Shown in pieces: positions 55,060 to 64,000 of a DNA stretch of 64,000 nucleotides. The translations under genes were made by a program, and so were the position numbers. Positions within the stretch are counted from its first letter, which is position 1. Every line of letters starts with the position of its first letter. The notes beneath the pieces are model-generated. The model searched no databases, was not told where the DNA came from, and saw nothing but the letters and a program-made list of their open reading frames with translations. This stretch comes from Chiloscyllium plagiosum. Its lineage: Eukaryota. The stretch covers positions 44,423,341 to 44,487,340 of the forward strand of contig NC_057718.1 in the NCBI RefSeq assembly GCF_004010195.1. Direction: 5' to 3'.

Positions 55060-55560
55060 CAGTACCAAACCGGGGGCTCCTTATTTACCTGGTACCGCCC
55101 ACGTTGAGCTGGATGATCTCTCCGGCCGCCGCCGCCGACGCCGCCGTCAAGTTGGCGCAGCTCCCCGCCATTTTCTTCCCCGAACCCCGTCCCCGTCCTC
55201 CTCCTCCTCCTCCTCCTCCTCCTCCTCCCGGCCACCGCTGACCGAGCCTCCTCCTCCTCCTCTCACACCGAGATCGGTCTAGGCTCCGGCTCACACCGCC
55301 AGTGCCCGTCTCTCGCTCCTCGTCACAAACCCGACGAACAACATCCCGCTCGGTCCCGTCCCCAGCCCCGGGAGCTGGGCCCAGGCGCCCACTTGCAGCT
55401 TGAGGGCAGCCTCGCTCCGCCCTGGGGCCTGTCTCCCTCCGCCTCCGGCACCTCACTGCTCGCCACAGTCAGCGCCCCCCAGCAGCTCCTGCGCGCATCT
55501 ACACCTTCCTTCCTTCCTTCCTTCCTCACTCTCTCTCTCTCTCCCCCCCCTGTCTCTGTC
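55060..55560 (-). promoter_or_regulatory. CpG-island-like promoter/5'UTR of KCTD3 with (GGA)n tract
   Basis: Abrupt rise in GC and CpG around exon 1 in an otherwise AT-rich, CpG-poor window; (CCT)n at about 55196-55228 on + strand; TSS not determinable. Confidence 0.8.
55089..55171 (-). CDS. KCTD3: KCTD3 coding exon 1 (start codon; MAGSCANLTAASAAAAGEIIQLNVGGT-R)
   Basis: ATG at 55171 in strong Kozak context (aaaATGg); GEIIQLNVGG is the start of the BTB/POZ (T1) domain; ends AG|gtaaat; 83 nt, phase 2. Confidence 0.95.
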
Positions 55561-57272
55561 CCTGTCCCTGTCCATCTGGTTCCACATACCACACCACATT
55601 TCAAATTCGTTTAGACATGTCACAATCACGTTATTTATATTCACTTTGGCCATGATTGAAAGGCAGAGCAGATTCAATGGGTCGAATTGCCTAATTTCTG
55701 CTCCTATGTCTTAAGGTCTTATGGCCATCGGAGTGGAGTCAGGTTGTGAAGATGTACCGAGAGCTGAATCAGAATGCATTCTGTGGCTTTGGATGATGTC
55801 CGCAATTATCAAGCTTTCCTCAGTTTTGGTATTTCGAAGAACAGTCATACTGAACTCAAAATATTAATTTAGTTTCTCCCTTCACAAATGTGGCCAGACC
55901 TGCAGAATTACATCAGCACTTTCCGTTTTTATTTCAGAACTCCAGCATCTGAAAGTGTTTTACTTTTATTTTGATCTTTATATATTGCCTTTTCATATAA
56001 GACAACCTTGCTGTAAAAAAAGTTGGCATTGTTTTTGTTCGTGTGCCAACTCATGAAGTGTCAATGTCCTGCAATTGTGGGGCATTGTCAAGATGAAAAT
56101 TAAGCATAGTATTTCCTTCTTCAAACAAAGTCACATCTCTTTCTCATGAATCCTTTGTAGAATTTGTTTTCAAATCTGCCTATTCAGACCAACAAGGTAG
56201 GAATATTACCACAGGTCAGAAGAGCTCTTGAGTTGTTGGTTGAATGCTGCACAACTCAATGAAGAAGTTGCAGCAACAGAAGTCCAGGACTTTTAAAAGT
56301 TTTGGGTAGTGAATCCTGATAACAACATTAATAGTGTAACTTTCTGCTTATTTATGTGTAATATACAATTTAAATAAAAGCAAGATAAATCAATGAAAAA
56401 GTAGCTCTGAATGTTTTACTGAATGGAAATTACTGAATGGTTACAATACTGAAACACTAAAAAATGGTAATTTAAAAGAGTTGTTTGTTGTTCACCTGCC
56501 TCAGAATGTTAAGTGAAAAAAGAAAGACCTTGCTTTCATATGGTGCATCTTACAAACCCAGGATGCCACAAACTAGATCATAGCAAACTGCTTTTGAAGT
56601 ATATTCATGAGTGTAATGAAGGGAGATTTGCACACAGAAAGATTCCAAAAACAGCAATGTGCTGTTCATAGAGGTTTACTGCATTGAAAAAGTCCCTTGA
56701 ATCATTGAGACTACATCAGTCAAAAATAGGCACTTATATAACTTATCTATTCTAATGCAAATTTCAGCACTTGGTCCATAACCTTTTATGCCATTGCATG
56801 TACACATCTAATTCCTTGTTCAAATTATAAGAGCTTCTGCCTCTTCCATCCTTACAAGCAGTGAATCCCACTCTCCCACCATCCTCTGGATAAATTTTGT
56901 TTTTCCCAGCTACCCCATGTATTAAATCTATGCCTTTGGTCATCGATCTCTCCATCACGAAGAAAAGTTCCTTCCTGACTATCCTATCTAAGTCCTGCAT
57001 AACTTTAACCATCTCAATCATGTTTCCCTCAGTCTTCTCTGTTCCATGGAAAACAACCCTAGTATATCTAATTTCTCATCATGATTTAACTCTCCAGCCC
57101 AGGCAACAATCTGGTAGACCTCCTCAACTCCCTCTCTAGTGCAATCACATCCCTCCTAAAATATACGACAGAATACTCAAGCCATAACCTGACAAATGTT
57201 TTATACAGTTCAGTATAGCCTGCCCACTATTAAACTGTATACCTCAGCTAATAAAGACAAGTATTCCTATAT

Positions 57273-57313
57273 TCTCGACTCTGATCTCCAGCATCTGCAG
57301 TCCTCACTTTCTC
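57273..57313 (+). mobile_element. 41-bp PLE-tail micro-insertion
   Basis: ctctgatctccagcatctgcagtcctcactttctc, the same terminus as the 58625 element; TSD caagtattcctatat at 57258-57272 and 57314-57328. Confidence 0.8.
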
Positions 57314-58086
57314 CAAGTATTCCTATATGCTTTCTTAACCATTTTATTTATCTGTTGGTACCTTAAGAGACAGGTGGGCTTGCACATCAAGGTTTCTCTA
57401 ATCCTTGGTGATTTTCAGGGTACAAATATTTATTATGTATTCCCTTGTCATGTTTGTCTTGCCCAGGTGTATCACCTCACACTTATCCAGATCGAATTTC
57501 ATTTGTCACTAATCAGCTTATCTGATCAATCTATATGCTCCTATAATTTAAAGTTATCTCTCACCATTTACCACCTGAATAATTTCTACATCATCCATGA
57601 ACTTACTGATCACAACTTAACATTCAAGTCTAAATCATTTATATATACCACAAACAACAAGGAGGCCAACTCTGAATCCCACAGAACCTGACTGGACATT
57701 GGCTTTCAGTGACAAAAACACCCTTCAAACATCGCTTCTTGACACTTAACCAATTCTGAATCCTATTAGTCAAATTTCCTGGGATCCCAGTGATCTTACC
57801 TTCACTATCAGTCTCCCAGCTGGACCTTATTGAAAGCCTTGCTGAAGTCCACATGGACCGCATTGTATGTATTGCCCTCATCTACGTACCTGGTCAACTC
57901 CTCAAAAAATTCAACCAAGTTGATTAGTCATTAACTTCCCTTAACAAAATCATTCAACTGTTCTTGACCAGTCCTTGCATCTCTAAGTACAGATTAATTC
58001 TGTCCCACAGAATTGCTTCCAATAGTTTCCCTGCTACCAACTGGCTTATAGTTTCCTGGTTTATCCCTTGCTTTTTTCTTGAATAG

Positions 58087-58259
58087 GAGAAATTGAGTAC
58101 TGCAGATGCTGGAGATCAGAGTCATGACTGTGTTGCTGGAAAAGCACAGCAGGTCAGGCAACATCATGATGAAGGGCTAATGCCCGAAACATCGATTCTC
58201 CTGCTCCTCGGATGCTGCCTGACCTGCTGTGCTTTTCCAGCATCACACTCTCGACTCTC
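58087..58259. mobile_element. Short palindromic PLE-derived element (degenerate hammerhead on +)
   Basis: TSD ttcttgaatag at 58076-58086 and 58260-58270; inverted gctggaaaagcacagcaggtcaggca arms; atgatgaagggctaatgcccgaaacatc. Confidence 0.85.
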
Positions 58260-58624
58260 TTCTTGAATAGCAGTGCCACATTACCTATCAACCAGTCCTC
58301 TGGCACCTCTCCTGTGGCTACAAAGGAATTGGAAATTATTTCTAGAACCCTTGTTATGTTCTTCCTTGCCTGACACTACAGCCTGGGATACATTTCATCT
58401 ACTTGTAAGTTGGTCAGACCACTCAGAATCTCCTGTCTGTCTACGCTAATTTATTTAATTACATCACGGCACTTCTCCCTAATTTCTACACCCACATCAT
58501 TCCTCTCACAAGTGAACATTGACACAAAGTATTTGTTTAGAACCCTACCTACATCCTCTGGCTCCATGCAAAAATTGCCACTATGGCCCTTAATGGGCCC
58601 TTTTCTTTCCCTAGTTATCATTTT

Positions 58625-58862
58625 TGAAACTTTATTGCTGGAATAGCACAGCAGGTCAGGCAGCATCCAGGGAACAGGAGATTCGACGTTTCGGGCACAG
58701 GCCCTTCTTCAGGAATGAGCAGAGAGTGTTCAGCAGGAGAAGATAAAAGGTAGGGAGGAGGGACTGGGAGGAGGGGCGTTGGAGGATGCTGCCTGACCTG
58801 CTGTGCTGTTCCAGCAATAAAGTTTCAACTTTGATCTCCAGCATCTGCAGACCTCACTTTCT
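58625..58862. mobile_element. Short palindromic PLE-derived element with hammerhead
   Basis: Inverted arms about 58624-58668 and 58784-58828; TSD cctagttatcatttt at 58610-58624 and 58863-58877; inserted in CR1. Confidence 0.85.
58681..58716 (-). ncRNA. Minimal type I hammerhead ribozyme motif, apparently intact
   Basis: AUUC-CUGAAGA-A-GGGC-cugu-GCCC-GAA-ACGU-C-GAAU: helix I 4 bp, helix II 4 bp, palindromic ACGU, GUC cleavage triplet. Confidence 0.8.
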
Positions 58863-59459
58863 CCTAGTTATCATTTTACCTTTCATGCACTTCTAAATTA
58901 ACTTAGGATTTTCCTTTATTTTGGCTGCCATTATTGTTTCATGCACCCCCCATTTTGCTCTCCTAATTTCTTTTTCAAGTTCCCCTTTATATATTCTGTA
59001 TTCCTCTAGGGCTTCTTCTTGAATCCTCGGCATCTTCCATAAGCTTCCCTCCTTTTCTTCATCCAATCTTGTATATCCCTTAATATCCAGGGTTCATTGG
59101 ATTTATTGGTCCCATCATTTACCTTTATTGGAACATATTGATTGTGTACTTTCCTTATTTCATTCTTGAAAGCATCCCACTGCTCTGACACAGATTTACC
59201 TTGAAGTATCTGTTCCCAATTCACTTTGTCTAAATCATATCTGATTTTATTAAAACCAGCCTTCCCTCAGTTTAGAACTTTGATTTCAGGCTTGACCTTG
59301 TCTTTTCCATAACAATCTCGAATCTAATGCGTTATCATCACTGTCTGCAAAATGCTGCCCTACTGATACTGCAACCACTTGCCTGACTTCATTACCTAAA
59401 ATTAAGTCCAGGACCATGCCCTCTTCATTTGGAGATAATGACGAGATGATGTAACAGTA

Positions 59460-59670
59460 ATGGAAGAAATCCCATATCCCTCTTAAAAAATGGAATCTAT
59501 TCCTCTACCTGAGAGGCCTTAGCTTAATTTTCAATCTGAAGGACAGCACCTCTGAGTGCAGCAATCACACAGTACTAAATTTAACTGTCAATCTGGAGGT
59601 TATGCTCAAATCTCAAAATGAAATTGGAAGACACAATCTTCAGACTTTCAGGCAAGTGTTATCACTGAGA
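59460..59670 (-). mobile_element. Old DeuSINE-like (SacSINE/AmnSINE-like) fragment; related pieces at about 24990-25230 and 56520-56660
   Basis: tctgaaggacagcacctctga..gcagca..cagtact Deu-core-like sequence; family assignment tentative. Confidence 0.5.
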
Positions 59671-60965
59671 AACAACCGATCAACCTCAAGAGTCCTGGTA
59701 ATACAAATTAAAAAAAAACATTTATTGGTCTTGTTGTTAAACGGGGAGTTCCAAGATTTCAACTAGAGACATAGAAGGAATGTAAGTAGTAATGTTCCCA
59801 TGTGTTTGCTGCTTTTGTCCTTTGAGGTCGTAACAGTCATGGATTTGGAAAGTGCTGCATGGGAAGCTTTGGTGAATTTCTGCAGTGAATCTTGTAGCTG
59901 GTACACAATGCTGCCACTGAGGATCTGTAGTGGAGGCAGTGAATGTTTATGGATTTAATACTCCAATCAAATGGGCTACTTTGTTCTGGATGGCATCAAG
60001 TTTCTTGAGTGTTGAAATTGGACTCATCCAGGAAAGTGAGGAGTATTCCCGTCACACTCCTGACTTGTGGATAGTGGATGGTTGACAGGCATTTGGGAGT
60101 CAAGAGGCAAGTTATTTGTTGCAGGTTACCTCACCTCTGACCTGCTGTTATATACACAACACTTATATGACTAAAATAGTTCAGTTTCTAATCACTGGTA
60201 ATCCACAAAATATTAATAGTTGAGGATTTAGTGATAGTAATGCCATTGCACATCAAGGGGCAATGATTAGATTCTTTCTTGTTGGAGATGGTCATTGGCT
60301 GGCACTTGTGTGACACAATACCACTTGCCATAATCCCTTGGTGACAAGCTAACTATCTAGCTCTTGCTTTTCTCTTCCCTTGCTAATGATTTGACCTGTT
60401 AGTTCAATGTCTATAATCATTTAAAAACATCAGCAACTGAAATTCATGTAGCTCTTTTAATTGGAATTTTGTCCGAATCTTTTCAACTGTTCAAAATAAT
60501 TCCTTGGCTCTCATTCAGAACCGTTGGTCATACTTTGTTTTTCGTGTGTTGCCTTCCAGACTATTAGCAATACTCTACAGCTATATGTTATGTTCATGGA
60601 TGAAGTGTTCTTGGCTGGAAAATCACCACTTTTGTTTTCAAGAAATCATCTCCCTCAGAAATAATTAATTCCTAAAACAATTCAAAGCGTGATTTTAATA
60701 CTACCTTCATAGTAGTCCCATTACTTTTCAGCAGACTTCACAGAAATCTTGAGACTGATGTGTCGTGAGCTTTGTGCTTATTATACTTGCATATTCTTGA
60801 CATTGTTTCTGCTACAAATACATCTGGTATCAAGCCAGTTAAATGTGCATAAGATGCTCTTGACATGTACCTCAATGAGTGTGAACTTTTTTGAACTGTC
60901 TATCTACTTTGCAAAATCAATATCATCTCTCTGTTTTTACATGGCATTCTGCATTGTTGCATTAT

Positions 60966-61180
60966 TGTCCAGAGTGTGGTGCTGGAAAAACACAGCAGGT
61001 CAGGTAGCATCTGAGGAGCATGAGAATAGACTTTTCAGGCAAAAGCCCTTCATTCAGGAATGAATGGCTTTTGCCCGAAATGTCAATTCTCCTGCTCCTC
61101 GGATTCTGCCTCACTGGCTGTGCTTTTCCAACACCACACTCGCGACCCTGATCTCCAGCATCTGCAGTTCTCGGTTCCTC
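60966..61180. mobile_element. Short palindromic PLE-derived element with two back-to-back degenerate hammerheads
   Basis: Long inverted arms; TSD-like cattgttgcattat (60952-60965) and cattattgcattat (61181-61194). Confidence 0.82.
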
Positions 61181-62391
61181 CATTATTGCATTATAACCCA
61201 TGCAATTGGCTCAAGCAATCAAATAACAAGATATTAGACAGATTAGTGATAAACATTCAGTGTACTGATGTTGGGTTCAGGACAATTGAAACAACAACTT
61301 TATTTTGCCAGTGTATTAAGCACAAATGGAATTTGCTTACAATTTTGTAGTTCATTCATCTCATGAAAATATGTTGCAATAATATGGATTGCCATCTCCA
61401 TCTAGCTGCCTGATCATTAGTATGAATAAACAAGTTTATGGTCTTGGACAAATGATTTTTTGTTTGTTTTCTGTCACCTGTAACCTTCTGTAAAGTAATG
61501 CATCCTAAAAAGAAGCTACAAAAACAATGAGCTTCTTTGCTAAGCTGAACTGTATTTCATTCTGACCTGAAACAACTGCACATTTGCTTCACCATGTCAA
61601 TTTTTTACTGTACTGAAGTGATTGTAGCAGCATATGATTCATTATATAACTTTTTCCTTTTCACATTTTGGTCGTTTAATAAGGCAAGCAAGGTAATGTT
61701 TTCCCAGAGGGCTGCTCTCCTATTAGCAAAAGATGATTTAACCTGAGGGGGACCACACCTCAGGTGGGGTGAAGAAGAAGAATCATTCACAGTAACCTCA
61801 GCCCGTGAAGGAGTTGAACCCACACTGTAGGTGCCACTTTATAGTTCAAACCAACCATCCAGTTAACTAAGCTAAAAGCCCCCGACTCACAAGGCAGGCA
61901 ACATTTGCTAGCAATCCCATTTTCTGGCTGCCTCCAAATAATGTAAAACAGCAATACAGAAGAGATGACAAGTCATAAAGAGTCACAAGATCATTTGTGA
62001 TATAGAAGCAAGCCATTCAGCTCATTAAATTTGCATTGTCTCCCTGCAGAGCAATCCAATTAGTTCCAATCCCCCATGATCCCTGTGGGCCTCTGAAAGA
62101 GTAAGAAAGAAATAAAGAAAATAGGGCAAAGAAAATCTTTAAATTAAACTTTCACAAAGTAGTAAAGTGTTTGACAGACACATAAATAACAAAATAAAAG
62201 TCAGTTTAGAATAAAGCAGCTGCTTTGCTTTCCTGCAGATATACTCCTCTGTATCTTTCCCACTAGTGGGTGGCTGTTGTATACATCCAGTAGTTTTGAT
62301 AAATGTCTATGAAATGTTATTATTTGATTAGAAACTTGGGTTCTAAAGTGGAAAGAACCATCTTATAGCCCTTTTTGTATTGTATTTAAAC

Positions 62392-62608
62392 TCAGAAGTC
62401 ACACAACACCAAGTTATAGTCAAACAGGTTTATTTGAAAGGACAAGCTTTTGGAGCTTTACTTCTTTGTTCGGTGATGTGAATCCCCTGATGAAGGAGCA
62501 GCGCTCCAAATGCTTGTCCTTTCAAATAAACCTGTTGGACTATAACCAGGTGTTATGTGACTTCTGACTTTGTCCACCCCAGACCATCACCAGCACCTCC
62601 ACATCAGG
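62392..62608. mobile_element. Palindromic element derived from the tail of the 29635-31915 Penelope family
   Basis: Inverted arms about 62392-62447 and 62512-62567; cctgatgaaggagcagcgctccaaat (core G12 mutated); shares ggactataacc tail. Confidence 0.82.
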
Positions 62609-63725
62609 ATTGCATTTAGATATTGTTAATCTTAAGATGGGGAAGATGTAGGCCTTGTCAGTAAGCTTTTTGGAGGGTTTCTTACTGAATTGTATATTGA
62701 GATTTCTTGCCATAGTTTACCAAACTCAGCTCATTAACTACAGACCCCATCTCTGTGGTGCCCTTCCCAGTTATTTCTAGTTTTATCTTATCATGCACAG
62801 TTCTTCAAACAACTTGCCATTCACTGGATATGTGTCAAAAGACCAACAACATTAGTGCTTACACCATCTTGGAAAGGCCACTGCACCCAGAAACACTTTA
62901 GTAATCTGGCATTGCCTCACCAACAACCGAATGGCACAGCAACCACAAAGCCATGATGTTCACAGCACAAAGCCGTCATGGCTGACACTCCAACACATAT
63001 ACAACCCCATTCTCTCATTCTAGTTACTGTTTAACTATCACTCCACACAGTCTAGAAATCCTTAGTTGTATTTTACCTTTCTATGTCATCTTTACTGTTT
63101 CTCCAATGCCTCCTGCAAACCTGCATCTTATCATTGCCAGTAGGGGACATCACACATACAGGCAAGCAATCTGACAGCTATAAACATGAAATTTTATTTA
63201 AGTCACCAAGCAAACACATACAACATGAGTAGAGGTTGAAGTTTGCCCGCAAAATGCAAACCAAATGCTCGCATGATGATCATTGGCAATTCTATATTCC
63301 ATGAAAGTCTACTGCATCCAGTTCCCATCTACTGGAACCAGATATCAATCAGATCCTGTGTGGCTTGTTGAACTCAACACAGTTGAGTTTTGTCATGGAT
63401 CAGGAGAGGTTCCTCCTCCACAATGGCCTCCTCCTTAGAAAACTGCTTGCACTCCCCAATTCCTCAGCATCTATCCTACCATTTTGTCACCTGCTGCAAT
63501 TGTGCAAAGCACAGCATGACAGGATGGTGTATGTCCAGATGGTCCTGGATTGACCCCTACTGACTAATCCAACCAGTGGAACTACATTCTCAATATTCCT
63601 ACTGTCTGCTCCACCACAGCCCTGATCGAAATTTTAGCCATATTCTATCTGCCTAACTGGCTATCCTTTTCCAGCCCCAAACCCTTCAACTCTGATCTCC
63701 AGCATCTGATGTCCTCACTTTCTCC

Positions 63726-64000
63726 ATATTGTATCTGCGCTCTGTTTCAGTTAGGAGGCTGCTCAATCGTTTCATGAGCCAATTTTTCAATGGGTGGCCC
63801 TCATCCCCCAATAAACCTGTCTGCCAATAACCTGAAGGAGGCTCCTGACCAGTCAAACACACTAGGTACATAAGAGTGGTCCAGGATGTGGGGATTGTGG
63901 TGGTTGCTAGGATATAGAGCTCTCATTCCAGGAAGTTGTTACAGTGATCACAGAATACCTGGACATTAATGAAACAGAGCCTTTCCTATTGATGAATTCT
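63726..64000 (-). mobile_element. PIF/Harbinger (HARBI1-like DDE) transposase fragment, truncated by window end
   Basis: FINRKG..INVQVFCDH..RALYPSNHHNPHIL..LLGDEGHPLKNWLMKRL..TETERRYN; frameshifted; 3' side abuts a PLE tail piece at 63685-63725. Confidence 0.82.

Larger units (their letters stand above)
56665..59420 (-). mobile_element. Long degraded CR1 ORF2 hosting three PLE-derived insertions
   Basis: NWEQILQGKSVSEQW, VLNKYFVSMFT, MDFSKAF-like, RIQNWL; 3' tail at about 56665. Confidence 0.85.

Noticed and set aside
4742..55171. SHKBP1 (paralogue) as the gene identity
   Set aside because: Residues such as [28 protein letters not shown] and [19 protein letters not shown] match KCTD3 as I recall it, rather than SHKBP1
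58087..61180. Palindromic elements read as DNA-transposon MITEs or miRNA hairpins
   Set aside because: Arms are asymmetric with a one-sided tail, TSDs are long and variable, and the sequence matches Penelope 3' ends
63686..63871. Host HARBI1 gene
   Set aside because: Frameshifted and fused to a PLE tail; a transposon fossil rather than a domesticated gene
1..64000. CRISPR arrays, operons or other prokaryotic systems
   Set aside because: No regularly spaced repeats; the window is a spliced vertebrate locus

Overview
Eukaryotic genomic DNA, most likely from a cartilaginous fish (shark): it carries HE1-type V-SINEs, HER1/CR1 LINEs and DeuSINE-like repeats. The species assignment is an inference. 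The only host gene I can support is KCTD3 on the minus strand. Coding exons 1-10 span 55171 down to 4742 (945 nt, 315 codons, all GT-AG introns, phases consistent), with a CpG-rich first exon/promoter at about 55060-55560; later exons lie beyond the left edge. The rest is intron and upstream DNA filled with retroelement and transposon remnants: CR1, L2, a Zenon/Crack-like LINE, SINEs, two Penelope-like elements (PLEs), a pogo-family transposase fossil, a TA-flanked Tigger-like MITE and a Harbinger transposase fragment. The most notable signal is a set of minimal type I hammerhead-ribozyme motifs (CUGANGA-A-stem II-GAA-palindromic ACGU/AGCU-H). They sit at the 3' ends of the two PLEs and in about ten short, often palindromic PLE-derived elements, several flanked by target-site duplications (TSDs). 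Two copies look structurally intact: 58681-58716 (-) and 31832-31866 (+). Repeat boundaries are approximate, and family names come from motif recognition rather than database searches.
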